Sequence record: PV467748.1
Source: a phage
Length of the DNA stretch: 64,000 nucleotides
Reading direction: 5' to 3' (one strand)
Position 1 is the stretch's first letter; each line of letters opens with the position of its first letter. The position numbers and the translations under genes were made by a program. Positions 54,033 through 64,000 of the stretch are shown piece by piece. The notes under the pieces were generated by a model. The model was not told the DNA's origin and ran no database searches. It saw only the letters and a program-made list of their open reading frames with translations.

Positions 54033-55752
54033 TCAGAATAGTTTTCGTCGCAATAAACTGATTGAAGAAATGGCTCCTCAGCGTCGTGCTGAGGCGCTAG
54101 CCCAAACTCAGAACGACGAATTAGGAAATATATCAGATGTTTTATCCGATTCCCAGGCGGCGTCTGAATTGCTCTCTGAAGTGGTTGAGACAAAGTCCAA
54201 TCAGATTATTAGTTCTGTAGACCGAGTAGATAAAAGCGTCCAAGATGTTGTTGCTGGGACAGAATTAACGGCTGAAGCTATATCAGAACAAACTCAACAA
54301 TCTAAAGCTCTTTCGGATGCACTAAACGAAAAGATTAATAAGCTTTCTAATATGTTAGAGGCTAAATTTTCTGGTATTTCTATTCCACCGGAAGGGAGTT
54401 CATTAAAGGTTATTGAAGACTCTATTCCGGAAGAACCTAAGGCCGAAACTCCTAAAGTTCCTGCTGTTGTTGAAGATATTCTTCCGCCTGAAGATAATAA
54501 ACCTGACGCTGAATTTATGCCCGAGCCTCCTAAAAATTCAGATGAAGGTAAAGAAGGTGATAAGACTTCTCTTTCTGATAAAATTGAAGCCCTTACTAAA
54601 ATAACTGAAAAGGGATTTAAAGCTTCTATAGGCGTCGCTGATAGAATTTCAGGCATGCTTTTTAAGTATACCATTACCGCTGCCGCTGAAGCTGCTAAAC
54701 TCGCAGCAGGTTTAGTCCTTTTAATATTTGGTATAGATGCCATTCGCGTATACTTCCAATATTTCATGGACCAATTTGAGTCAGGGTGGAAAGAATTTAA
54801 CGATAAGTTTAAAGAGTGGGGACCATTACTTGAAGGGCTAATGACATGGGCCAAGAATGCTGAAGCCATGTTTAGTGAAGGAAACTGGTTAGGTCTGGCT
54901 GAAGCTATTATTCGTGGTATGGTTAATCTTACCAAAAATATGGCACAACTTTTAATGCTTGGTATTTCTAAGTTGATTTCTGCTATTTTAAGTAAAATAC
55001 CTGGTATGGGTGATTTAGCTGAAAACGTAGAGGCTTCTGCTTTAATGTCATATCAGCAAAATACCGGAGCCACTTTGGACGATGAAGACCAAACTAAAGT
55101 GGCCAAGTACCATGATAGACGTTCAGCCGAGGCTTTAGAAACAGCCGAGAAAATGAATAAGAAGTATAAGGATAAACCTGAGCTTATAAACCAGGCAGAG
55201 AAATACGGTAATCTTACTAAAGAACAAGCCGACCAATTACGCGCAGGTGGAATTGACACAAGCTTCCGTGACCTCCCTGAAGAAGAACGTTTAGAGTATT
55301 TCAAGAAACGTGATAAAGCTCAGGCTGATATTATTCGTTTGACACAAACCGCTGATAATATAATGAAGCCAGATTCTAAAGATATCGAAAATGCTAAAGC
55401 ATTTAAAGCTGATATCGAGAAACAATTGGCCGACCCTATTATGGCTAAAGGTGGGGCACCGAAAGACCTTAATATCCAGCAATTACTCGATAAGATGAAT
55501 AAATCTTTAGAGAAATTTAATGAAGCTGAAAAGCCTAAACCTGCTTCTGTAGCGGAATCTCCTGAAAATACCCAGGTTAAAAAGGTTGATGAGCAAATGA
55601 GAGCAAAGGAAAATGCTAAATATAGTCAGCAAGCTCCAACTCAAATAAATCAGCAAACGAATATCAAGAAAACGAGTAAGACAAGCTATAATATGCCTCC
55701 ACAGTCCTCTACTCCTGCTCCTGGTATGCGTCAAGCTACTAAAGTTAATTAG
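54016..55752 (+). CDS. 29: tail length tape-measure / baseplate hub protein gp29
   Basis: 578 aa (T4 590), helical low-complexity sequence; synteny. Confidence 0.8.
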   Translation: MKNESNQNSFRRNKLIEEMAPQRRAEALAQTQNDELGNISDVLSDSQAASELLSEVVETKSNQIISSVDRVDKSVQDVVAGTELTAEAISEQTQQSKALSDALNEKINKLSNMLEAKFSGISIPPEGSSLKVIEDSIPEEPKAETPKVPAVVEDILPPEDNKPDAEFMPEPPKNSDEGKEGDKTSLSDKIEALTKITEKGFKASIGVADRISGMLFKYTITAAAEAAKLAAGLVLLIFGIDAIRVYFQYFMDQFESGWKEFNDKFKEWGPLLEGLMTWAKNAEAMFSEGNWLGLAEAIIRGMVNLTKNMAQLLMLGISKLISAILSKIPGMGDLAENVEASALMSYQQNTGATLDDEDQTKVAKYHDRRSAEALETAEKMNKKYKDKPELINQAEKYGNLTKEQADQLRAGGIDTSFRDLPEEERLEYFKKRDKAQADIIRLTQTADNIMKPDSKDIENAKAFKADIEKQLADPIMAKGGAPKDLNIQQLLDKMNKSLEKFNEAEKPKPASVAESPENTQVKKVDEQMRAKENAKYSQQAPTQINQQTNIKKTSKTSYNMPPQSSTPAPGMRQATKVN

Positions 55753-55760
55753 GATTAATA

Positions 55761-56849
55761 ATGAAAGTAAAAGAACTTGACTTTGATGTAGCCTCCTTGT
55801 TTAAAGGAGGTTCAAAGACCTCCGCAGGTCAATCTAAAACACCTCCAATAAAAACCACGGTAACCGCTCAGTATCCAGCTGAGCGGGCTTCAGGTAATGA
55901 TACCTCAACCGATATGGTATTAAACGACCTCTATAAAAATGGATTGCTTTTTACTGCATATAATTTTAGTTCTCGTGTATCTCCGGATTTGCGTAACGAC
56001 CGTTCGAGTCAAATGACTAAAAAGTTCTCAAGTGCAGCCAGCAAATTAACAGGTAATAGTGGAACATATAGTGCTGTTAAAAACTTGTTTAGTAATAACT
56101 CTAAGGGCGTTAAATTTGATAGCCAAGCCTTAGCCAATATTCTTTTACCTCGTTCTAAATCTGATGTGGATTCCGTGTCACATAAATTTAACGATGTAGG
56201 CGAATCATTGATTACTAAAGGTGGTGGTACTGCTACAGGTATTTTAAGTAACGTTGCAAGTACTGCGGTATTTGGTGCGTTGGAATCTGTGACTAATGGC
56301 GTAATGGCTGATTCAGGTGAACAGATATACACCACTGCCCGTAGTATGTACGCCGGCCCGGATAACCGTACTAAGGTATTTACTTGGGAAATGACTCCAC
56401 GAAACGCCCAAGACCTTATCCAGATTATTAAAATATATGAAATCTTTAATTACTATTCTTATGGTGAAACCGGCAACTCAGCCTTCGCAGGCGAATTAAA
56501 AGATAAGATTGATACTTGGTACCGTTCTACATTTAAAAAAGAAGCTATTGACAAGTTTGATGGTAAGCTATTAGGGGAAAGTATTACAAGCTTCCTTTCT
56601 AATGTTATTGTGGTAAGTAACCCTACCATTTGGTATATCCGAAACTTTGGCGATAGCAGTTCATATGATGGTCGTGAAGATATTTTCGGCCCGTGTCAAA
56701 TCCAAAGTATCCGTTTCGATAAAACTCCGGACGGGCATTTTAACGGATTGGCTATTGCTCCTAACTTACCATCTACATTTAGTTTAGAAGTTACTTTCCG
56801 TGAAATCATTACTTTGAACCGTGGCTCACTTTATACGGAAGGATTCTAA
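55761..56849 (+). CDS. 48: baseplate tail-tube junction protein gp48
   Basis: 362 aa (T4 364); synteny. Confidence 0.8.
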   Translation: MKVKELDFDVASLFKGGSKTSAGQSKTPPIKTTVTAQYPAERASGNDTSTDMVLNDLYKNGLLFTAYNFSSRVSPDLRNDRSSQMTKKFSSAASKLTGNSGTYSAVKNLFSNNSKGVKFDSQALANILLPRSKSDVDSVSHKFNDVGESLITKGGGTATGILSNVASTAVFGALESVTNGVMADSGEQIYTTARSMYAGPDNRTKVFTWEMTPRNAQDLIQIIKIYEIFNYYSYGETGNSAFAGELKDKIDTWYRSTFKKEAIDKFDGKLLGESITSFLSNVIVVSNPTIWYIRNFGDSSSYDGREDIFGPCQIQSIRFDKTPDGHFNGLAIAPNLPSTFSLEVTFREIITLNRGSLYTEGF

Positions 56850-57778
56850 TGTATACTTTACAAGAATTTCAGAACCAGGCAATTAATATTGACCTACAGA
56901 GGAATAACCTGTTTAGTGTAGTATTTGCTACAGTTCCTTCTTCTAAATCCCAAGCGCTCCTCGACCAGTTCGGTGGAGCTTTATTTAACAATATCCCATT
57001 GAATAGCGATTTGTTTGGTATTACACAAGGAGAGTTGACCCAAGGTGTTACGACATTAGTGACAGCGGGCACTCAGAAGTTGATTCGTAAGTCAGGCATA
57101 AGTAAATATCTGATTGGAGCTATGTCATCCAGGGTTGTGCAGAGCTTACTAGGAGAGTTTGAAGTAGGTACATATCTGATGGATTTTTTCAATATGGCCT
57201 ATCCTACGGCAGGTCTTTTAGTCCACGCCGTTAAAATCCCAGATAATACTTTGAGCTATGAAATGGATTTGAACCACAACTCGCCTAACATCAAAATTAC
57301 CGGAAGAGAATATTCTCCATTGGTATTAAGCTTCCGTATGGATTCTGAAGCTGCTAACTACCGTGCTTTTAATGATTGGGTCAATAGTGTTCAAGACCCT
57401 ATTACACAATTAAGAGCATTGCCTGAGGATGTTGAAGCCGACATTCAAGTCAACCTTCATTCTCGTAATGGATTGCCACATACGGTAGTAATGCTTAATG
57501 GTTGTGTTCCAATGAGCGTATCTTCCCCGGAATTATCTTACGACGGTGATAACCAAATTGCTTCGTTTGATGTTACATTTGCTTATAGAAGTGTACAGAC
57601 AGGCGCAGTCGGTAAACAGGCTGCTTACGAATGGCTGGAAGATAAGATTATTAAAGGCGTCGCTGGGCTAAGTGAGAATAATTCACTGAGTTCTTCAGTA
57701 GCTAAATTAAGTCGACTTTCAGGAGCGGCTAGTGGATTAACAGGATTGGTTAATAGTAGAATATCGAGGTTGCTATAG
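56849..57778 (+). CDS. 54: baseplate tail-tube initiator gp54
   Basis: 309 aa (T4 320); synteny. Confidence 0.8.
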   Translation: MYTLQEFQNQAINIDLQRNNLFSVVFATVPSSKSQALLDQFGGALFNNIPLNSDLFGITQGELTQGVTTLVTAGTQKLIRKSGISKYLIGAMSSRVVQSLLGEFEVGTYLMDFFNMAYPTAGLLVHAVKIPDNTLSYEMDLNHNSPNIKITGREYSPLVLSFRMDSEAANYRAFNDWVNSVQDPITQLRALPEDVEADIQVNLHSRNGLPHTVVMLNGCVPMSVSSPELSYDGDNQIASFDVTFAYRSVQTGAVGKQAAYEWLEDKIIKGVAGLSENNSLSSSVAKLSRLSGAASGLTGLVNSRISRLL

Positions 57779-57785
57779 CAAAAAA

Positions 57786-57810
57786 GGAGAGCGTACGCTC
57801 TCCTTTAGGG
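57786..57810. terminator. terminator palindrome GGAGAGCGTACGCTCTCC (A-run upstream, TTT downstream)
   Basis: Perfect 18-nt palindrome between convergent gene 54 and the 57813..58103 gene; stronger for the minus strand. Confidence 0.65.
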
Positions 57811-57812
57811 GG

Positions 57813-58103
57813 TTATTTACGGAACGAAATGAAACCTGCTGCAGTCATTAGTGGTTGCTTTTTATCAAACACCGTAACTGAAATAGGAGCTTCAGATTCG
57901 AGTTGTCCTGTCACTACACCGTTAAAAATGTTTTCGGTTTGTTCTGGATGAGAAAAATTCTCAACAGGCCGGATATCAAACTGTTTGTCTTCACCGAAAA
58001 CTCGACGTAATTCATTACCCACTGCACTGTCAAACTCTTCAGAAGCAGGGATAACGTTTTCAACCACCAGTTCTTGACCATTAAAACGGAATGCAGATTT
58101 CAT
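57813..58103 (-). CDS. hypothetical protein downstream of alt
   Basis: ORF track; ATG start; own early-type promoter upstream. Confidence 0.55.
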   Translation of the reverse strand: MKSAFRFNGQELVVENVIPASEEFDSAVGNELRRVFGEDKQFDIRPVENFSHPEQTENIFNGVVTGQLESEAPISVTVFDKKQPLMTAAGFISFRK

Positions 58104-58130
58104 AATGTTCTCCTCATGTTTGTGTAAGGT

Positions 58131-58160
58131 AATAGTACCACATCCTTGTGGTGTTGTAAA
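58131..58160 (-). promoter_or_regulatory. T4 early-type promoter (GTTTAC-N18-TACTAT)
   Basis: Minus strand GTTTACAACACCACAAGGATGTGGTACTAT between the altA stop and the 57813..58103 gene. Confidence 0.5.
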
Positions 58161-60284
58161 CTACATTTTGAATTTATTTGATAAAGAAGAGATATCCAAA
58201 GACGCTGCAAGGATTTCCATAGCTTCGTTGCTTTCAGAAACGGATTCATTAACCAAGAATTGACTAAATCCATCCATCAGGCGAACTTCACCAGTTTCCA
58301 TCAAATGGTCACCATCGTAAACAGATTCGCTGAGCTCTGAAGGAGGTGTTACGGTAGCTTCCATAAGGTATTTGTGAGATACTCTATCATTCATGGCAAA
58401 AGCCGCTACTTTATCAACCTTCAACAATAATCCGCGCGGAAGGATAATTTCTGCTTCTTCGGCATATTCTGTAAGGTCACCAGGAGCGATAACTTTAACT
58501 GCTTCAGCACCTCGAATAACCATACCAATTTCAGCAATTCTATCTGCAGGACCTTCAGGTGCAATTGGATTACCAAACTCGTCTTCTTCCCATTCTACCT
58601 CTTCGTCATCGACTTCACCCACATCAGATGAACTACCACTAGCCAATTTAAACAACTCATCAGCTGAGGACAAAGAACCTTCACCACCAACAAAAACGGC
58701 TTGGTTGTCGAGGGCCATATAATTTTTACCGAATTCACCAAAGATGTTAGGCTTTAATGAGGCTGACACAAAGTTCTTAAAGTAAAATGTTTTGTTATCG
58801 ATATTATGGCGCAGAATTTTGTATGGCAAATCCTGACCACGATACAAAATAGTACCCTTAGGAAGTTTAATACCCTTAGTAAATGCTGAGTCTAAATCCT
58901 TAATCAATTTAATAGCCGTTGTATTGTTTTCGGATTCAGGTTTACCTAAAAGGAATAAGTTCATAGGAGCATATTCAGCCGCGCAATATTCAATAATAGC
59001 ATTGCTTTCGTCTTTGGTTAGGTCCTTAGGTTTAATGAGCTCGCCTGAATAAGCATATGCATCACTAATAGAATCGTTAACCAGTTTATAAACTGCTTCC
59101 ATAGCGAAAGCAATTCGAGAGGCCTTTTCTGAAGGGGAACCCTTAAAACGGGTACTCAGGTTATTAACAATTTTCTTAATAATATCCAGACTATTGGTTG
59201 TATTGATTTGCGAAAGACCACTTAAAAGTCTATCGACTTCTGTATTAAAAAATGCCATATTATTAGAGTAAATTTCAAACCCTTGTTTATCTCTATTAGC
59301 ATAATTTAGTTTAAATTTACTATCAGTCATTAAAGCGTGTGTGAGAGCAATAGTGTATCTAAAGTTGGCAAGGTCCTCGCTCTTAGATTTAAACTGAGAA
59401 GCCTGGCGCATTTTAGTAATAGCACCTTTTTTAAAGTTCTGGCTAATCTGTTCAATACCTTCATTCTCAGGGCCTTCAGCCGTGTGAACAGGTACAGAAG
59501 CTTCAAACTCATTATAAACCTGCAATTCTTTAGGGGACAAAGTTTCAGGTTCGGCAGTAGAATACTGCGCCGCTGCTGCCATACGACGGGAAATCTTAGT
59601 ACGGGTAATGACAGCCTTATCGGTACGTTTCTCTTCAACTTGTGCAATAGATGCCGCTACTGCTTCAACCTTACTTACGGCCTGGCCGGTTTTCTTAGAA
59701 ACATACACTTCGCCAACTTTAGACTCAACTTTAGTATAAAGATCGGCATTAATTTCAGGCATACCCTTGATATCTTCAATATTAGCACCACGACGTACTA
59801 AAAGAACGTAGGTATGTTTTCCGCTGAATTGGAACATGTCGTCAACAACTTTAAACTTACCACCGGTACGAGCCATAGCCAAACGAGCTAATACGCGCTG
59901 AACGGTAGGGCCCTTACCTTTCATTTTCTTAGTAGGGAAACGGAACAGAACTGCGTCCATTTTAAGTTTGTTTATTTGTTCGTATATGGTATCGAAAATG
60001 GTGTTCAGTGTACCAAGTGGATCGGTACCCAACCCGCCCTTGAGTTCTGCCGGAGCGCCTTTAGCTGACAAACTCATCAAAATAACATGAACATATTTGT
60101 CGCCCGGCTTAACCATTTTAATAGCGTCTCCTTGAGACGCATAAGATACCATACGAGCAACCAGATTATCATTACCTGGTGCTTGGATAGAGAAAATCTG
60201 TGGAATACCGGAACCCGGTTTAAGATTTGTTACTGGATAGTTTTTAGCGGAATCACTATCAAAAACCTCATTTAAATTTTCCAT
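58161..60284 (-). CDS. alt: Alt-like mono-ADP-ribosyltransferase, paralog A (packaged and injected in T4)
   Basis: 707 aa (T4 Alt 682); conserved N-terminal about 230 aa; C-terminal R-S-E motifs (YRGQ, SASL, EAE). Confidence 0.85.
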   Translation of the reverse strand: MENLNEVFDSDSAKNYPVTNLKPGSGIPQIFSIQAPGNDNLVARMVSYASQGDAIKMVKPGDKYVHVILMSLSAKGAPAELKGGLGTDPLGTLNTIFDTIYEQINKLKMDAVLFRFPTKKMKGKGPTVQRVLARLAMARTGGKFKVVDDMFQFSGKHTYVLLVRRGANIEDIKGMPEINADLYTKVESKVGEVYVSKKTGQAVSKVEAVAASIAQVEEKRTDKAVITRTKISRRMAAAAQYSTAEPETLSPKELQVYNEFEASVPVHTAEGPENEGIEQISQNFKKGAITKMRQASQFKSKSEDLANFRYTIALTHALMTDSKFKLNYANRDKQGFEIYSNNMAFFNTEVDRLLSGLSQINTTNSLDIIKKIVNNLSTRFKGSPSEKASRIAFAMEAVYKLVNDSISDAYAYSGELIKPKDLTKDESNAIIEYCAAEYAPMNLFLLGKPESENNTTAIKLIKDLDSAFTKGIKLPKGTILYRGQDLPYKILRHNIDNKTFYFKNFVSASLKPNIFGEFGKNYMALDNQAVFVGGEGSLSSADELFKLASGSSSDVGEVDDEEVEWEEDEFGNPIAPEGPADRIAEIGMVIRGAEAVKVIAPGDLTEYAEEAEIILPRGLLLKVDKVAAFAMNDRVSHKYLMEATVTPPSELSESVYDGDHLMETGEVRLMDGFSQFLVNESVSESNEAMEILAASLDISSLSNKFKM

Positions 60285-60287
60285 TAT

Positions 60288-62372
60288 TTACCCTTGGATG
60301 AATTTTTCTGGGATGTCATAGAGGTCTATGCATGAAGCCAAAAGAGGCAGTACATCAAACCGGGTAGATTTAACAAATGAATCAAAAGATACAGGGCTTT
60401 CGGAAGTATCGAAGTCATCTTGGTATACAACCAATTCACCAGTTTCCATTAGTACGTCACCATCATACACTACAGATTCTTGAAGCTCATCTGTTGTCAT
60501 AACTTCAGCTTGAATGAGTTTTGTATTATTAGATGTTGTTCCATCATTATTAGAAGCATCTGTTATTTTATTAACTTTGACCATTAATCCACGTGGTAGA
60601 ATAACTTCAGCTTCAGTTGCTATTCCGAGATTTCCTGGATATACAACATTAACTTTATGAGCACCGTCAATTGCCCATCCTATTTGAGCTTTAACGTAAT
60701 CAGGATTTTCCTTATACGCCCTTATTTCATTAGGGTTAATAGTTATTCCTTCTTCATTTTTATCGACTGTCAATTCATTGCGAACTTCCGGTTCTAAAAG
60801 ACCGATACCAGCGTGTGTAACACCAAATCGTCCAAAAATGATAGGGGTTAAAGAAGTAGATACAAAATTTCTGAAATAGAACACTTTATTTTTAACTAGT
60901 GCTTCGTATATAGGAGCAGTCATACTCTGGGCACGATAAACTGTGATGCCTTCTGGTATACGGTCGCCGTTTTCAAAAGCTGAATCTAAATTATTTATCG
61001 CAGATTCAATTTCTTTTTCACTCATTACCTCATATCGTTCTGGATTGTAGCGACCTAAAAGAAGATTATTGATGTCAGTATATCCTGAACCACAATATTC
61101 TCTGATACCACGCTTTTGTGATGGAGTATATTTAGAACCCTCACGAGCAATAGTAATATCAACCATAATACCGCCACCTACACCAGCAAAACTATAAACA
61201 CATTTTTTAATGAACTTGGTCTTAGTGGCTTTCCACTTGGACTCGGTTAATTCATTCCAGACGTCGTCAGGTTGACCTTTACGAGTTTTGTTATGCTTGG
61301 CCAACCATTTGGCTTTGTATTCTTCGAAAATGGTATTAATAGCAGAGGCATATTTTTCTAGAGCTTTAACAGATGTCAAAGGTTCGTTTTTGATGGCCGC
61401 AAGAATTTTATCTTTAATTTTCTCTTGGATTTCACCTATACCGTGAAGAGGAAACATTTTGTAATCGTAATGCAATTCTTCAGCAGTGCCTTCAGCTATT
61501 ATATTAGCAACCTTATTTTTAGCCGCAGGAGAATTGTTATTAGTAACCATTTCCTGGGCCTCAGGGATTAATGGAGCTGTTGCTGGTTTATTAAAATCCA
61601 CTGCAGTAGCTTCATATTTCTTAAACAGTTCACTTTCATTACGATAAGATTCTAACGATTGACTTGCTGCAATAGCACGACGCGAAATCTTAGTCTTGGT
61701 TATAACCATTTTATCAGTGCGACGTTCTTCAACTTTAGCAATACTGCCGGCAATAGCAGTTTCTTTAGTAACCTGCACACCTTCTTTTTTAGAAATATAA
61801 ACTTCACCGACATCAGAATCTACCTTAGTGTATAATTCGGAATTAATTCCAGGCATACCTTTGATATCTTCGATATCAGCTTGTTTACGAACTACTAGAA
61901 TATAAGTATGTTTACCAGTAAATTGGTACATAGCCGGAACTACTTTGAAGCGTCCACCTGTTTTTTGAGTTGCCAAACGTTGGATAATCCGTTGGACGAT
62001 AGGTCCTTGCCCTTTCATTTTCTTGGTTGGAAAACGGAACATCACAGCATCCATACGAAGCTTTTTAACTTGTTCGAATACTACGTCGAAAATGGTATTA
62101 ATAGCATCAATAGGAGTAGGGCCTAAGCCGCCTTTAAGTTCGGCTGGAGAACCTTTAGCTGAAAGGCTCATAAGGATAATGTGGGCGTATTTATCACCTA
62201 ATTTAACCTGTTTAATAGCATCGCCTTCAGAGGCATAAGATACCATACGAGCAACCAATTGGGATTCAGCATCGCCAATCTTCCAAATCTGGGGTACTTT
62301 AAGTTTTGGGTTTAAGTTTACAGTAGGCAGGGTGCCTTCGGACTCAAACACCTCATTCAATTGTTCGGTCAT
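60288..62372 (-). CDS. Alt-like mono-ADP-ribosyltransferase, paralog B
   Basis: 694 aa; N-terminal region highly similar to paralog A, divergent middle; R-S-E motifs (YRAQ, STSL, EAE). Confidence 0.85.
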   Translation of the reverse strand: MTEQLNEVFESEGTLPTVNLNPKLKVPQIWKIGDAESQLVARMVSYASEGDAIKQVKLGDKYAHIILMSLSAKGSPAELKGGLGPTPIDAINTIFDVVFEQVKKLRMDAVMFRFPTKKMKGQGPIVQRIIQRLATQKTGGRFKVVPAMYQFTGKHTYILVVRKQADIEDIKGMPGINSELYTKVDSDVGEVYISKKEGVQVTKETAIAGSIAKVEERRTDKMVITKTKISRRAIAASQSLESYRNESELFKKYEATAVDFNKPATAPLIPEAQEMVTNNNSPAAKNKVANIIAEGTAEELHYDYKMFPLHGIGEIQEKIKDKILAAIKNEPLTSVKALEKYASAINTIFEEYKAKWLAKHNKTRKGQPDDVWNELTESKWKATKTKFIKKCVYSFAGVGGGIMVDITIAREGSKYTPSQKRGIREYCGSGYTDINNLLLGRYNPERYEVMSEKEIESAINNLDSAFENGDRIPEGITVYRAQSMTAPIYEALVKNKVFYFRNFVSTSLTPIIFGRFGVTHAGIGLLEPEVRNELTVDKNEEGITINPNEIRAYKENPDYVKAQIGWAIDGAHKVNVVYPGNLGIATEAEVILPRGLMVKVNKITDASNNDGTTSNNTKLIQAEVMTTDELQESVVYDGDVLMETGELVVYQDDFDTSESPVSFDSFVKSTRFDVLPLLASCIDLYDIPEKFIQG

Positions 62373-62380
62373 AATAATTC

Positions 62381-64000
62381 CTATTTAAATAAATTTGATA
62401 ATTTTTCCATAGAATCTTCGTAAAGGATTTTATCATAACTTTCAAATGAAAGTACTGTGCTATACGAATTTTCTTCTGTGATTTGTTCAGAACCAATAAC
62501 TTCGCACTCCACCAATACGTACTTACCTATAGAACCCATAAGACCTTTAGAAGCACCATACACTTTATTAATTTTAAGCATTACGCCTCTAGGAAGAATA
62601 ACCTCAGTTTCTGTAGACCAATTTGCCAAATTACCTGGTACGATAACTTTAATTTTGTCCGCGCCTTTAATAATTAATCCAAGCTTAATTGTCTCTCTAG
62701 CACTTCCGGTTGCACTTTTAATTGTGTCTTCTAGATTATTATCTATATCGCTAGAAAGAGCTTCGGGATCTAAATTTGATTGAGCGTGTCCCATTTCGCC
62801 AAAAATATTAGGAGCTAATGAGGTAGATGCGAAAATAGGAAGATACATTACTTTATGTTTTATTGAATTCAAAGCCATTTCGGTGGGCATTATTTGAGAT
62901 CGATACACTATAGTTCCTTTAGGGAGCTTTGTACCGTTTTCAAAAGCAGAATCCATATCACCAATCATTTTTATCATTTCATCAGTAGTATCTGTTTTAC
63001 CTAATAAAAAGTTGTTAATGTGATTATATCCACCGCGAGTGTACTTTTTGATAGCCTCTTCTTGAGGTTTAGTTAAATTGGGATTGTCATCTATTTTAAA
63101 CAAAGGTTGTATAGATTTGGTATAGACTGCTACTAATGATTTTATTACTTCTTTTATTTTAGATTCTCTAGCCCATGTACCTTTAACTGAACCATCTAAA
63201 AGAGATGCGGCAACTAATCTAAGGACGTCCACATGTGTTTTACCTGATTTTAAAGCATTTATAACACCATTAGATTTATCTAAAGAATCTGATGATTCTA
63301 AAGCAAACTTTATATCTTTAATTAATTTAAGCCTATGCTCATCTATTTCAAACGACGGATTAACACCATTAAAAATATAATCTAAATATTCTGCCATTTC
63401 TTTAGAAGTATCTTTTAATACTTTAATACCGGCTGACGCTATTTGGCTTTCTTTAGAACCTTCAGAAGAATGCACTGAACTAGTAATAGATAAATCGGAG
63501 TAAACTTTTTTATGTTCTTCTGAAAATTTATTCAATCCTGACGGTTCTGATGTTGAGTATAGTGCATTTATTGCGGCTCGTTTAGAAACCTTTGTTTTGG
63601 TTATAACCATTTTATCTGAACGAGATTTTTCTATTTCATCTATAGATTTAGCTATGGCTTCTAGTTTAGTAACATCTTCACCTGTTTTCTTTGAAACATA
63701 TACATCACCAACTTCAGATTCAACTTTAGTATATAACTCAGCATTAATATTTGGGATGCCTTTTATAGATTCTATATTTTTATTTTTACGGTAGATAAAA
63801 ACATATGAATGTTTACCACTGAATTGGTACAAGGCGTCAAGGACCTTGAATTGTCCACCCGCTCTAGAAGCTATCAATTTGGCTAGGACTCTCTGTACGG
63901 TTTTTTCCTGCCCTTTCATTTTCTTGGTTGGAAAACGGAACATCACAGCATCCATACGAAGAGCTTTAATTTGTTCATAGACTATATCAAATATGGAACG
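62381..64000 (-). CDS. Alt-like mono-ADP-ribosyltransferase, paralog C (N-terminus beyond window)
   Basis: Reading frame stays open to the window edge (RSIFDIVYEQIKALRMDAVMFRFPTKK... aligns with about residue 95 of paralogs A and B); R-S-E motifs (YRSQ, STSL, ETE). Confidence 0.8.
   Translation of the reverse strand, partial: RSIFDIVYEQIKALRMDAVMFRFPTKKMKGQEKTVQRVLAKLIASRAGGQFKVLDALYQFSGKHSYVFIYRKNKNIESIKGIPNINAELYTKVESEVGDVYVSKKTGEDVTKLEAIAKSIDEIEKSRSDKMVITKTKVSKRAAINALYSTSEPSGLNKFSEEHKKVYSDLSITSSVHSSEGSKESQIASAGIKVLKDTSKEMAEYLDYIFNGVNPSFEIDEHRLKLIKDIKFALESSDSLDKSNGVINALKSGKTHVDVLRLVAASLLDGSVKGTWARESKIKEVIKSLVAVYTKSIQPLFKIDDNPNLTKPQEEAIKKYTRGGYNHINNFLLGKTDTTDEMIKMIGDMDSAFENGTKLPKGTIVYRSQIMPTEMALNSIKHKVMYLPIFASTSLAPNIFGEMGHAQSNLDPEALSSDIDNNLEDTIKSATGSARETIKLGLIIKGADKIKVIVPGNLANWSTETEVILPRGVMLKINKVYGASKGLMGSIGKYVLVECEVIGSEQITEENSYSTVLSFESYDKILYEDSMEKLSNLFK

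Noticed and set aside
54294-54935. 213-aa ORF on the minus strand
   Set aside because: Antisense to gene 29; no independent support.
62381-63955. Treating the third Alt ORF as complete at 524 aa
   Set aside because: The frame remains open upstream to the window edge and aligns with internal residues of the other paralogs, so the gene is truncated by the window, not by a start codon.
58161-64000. Alt repeats as a CRISPR-like or mobile repeat array
   Set aside because: The repeated units are full-length protein-coding paralogs with a conserved reading frame, not short direct repeats with spacers; no transposase or integrase nearby.

Overview
This window is a contiguous segment of a T4-like (T-even, Tevenvirinae-type) virulent myovirus genome. 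Gene order and protein sequences match the T4 late structural/assembly region: an early accessory block with tRNAs and internal proteins, then 57B-57A-1-3-2-4 (minus strand), 53-5-6-7-8-9-10-11-12-wac-13-14-15-16-17-18-19-20-67-68-21-22-23-24 (plus), rnlB-hoc-inh (minus), uvsW-uvsW.1 (plus), uvsY-25-26 (minus), 51-27-28-29-48-54 (plus) and alt (minus). Identifications rest on my recollection of T4 protein sequences, synteny and sizes; no database search was run. Coordinates of CDSs are taken from the ORF track (starts trimmed where the track used a non-ATG first codon or overlapped the upstream gene); coordinates of promoters, terminators and tRNAs are read by eye and may be off by a few nt. 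Departures from the T4 layout are the main findings: (i) three tandem Alt-like ADP-ribosyltransferase paralogs; (ii) three internal-protein genes carrying the T4 capsid-targeting sequence MKTY.EF..E; (iii) four tandem small paralogs ending in W.SS..C; (iv) a 687-aa ORF between gene 5 and gene 6 where T4 has small 5.x genes including the PAAR tip protein; (v) an HNH endonuclease wedged between genes 13 and 14; (vi) two tandem gp24-like vertex genes; (vii) a conserved early promoter/leader element in four copies. Only two clear tRNAs are present, followed by a tRNA-like region. No rRNA, CRISPR array, integrase or transposase was seen.
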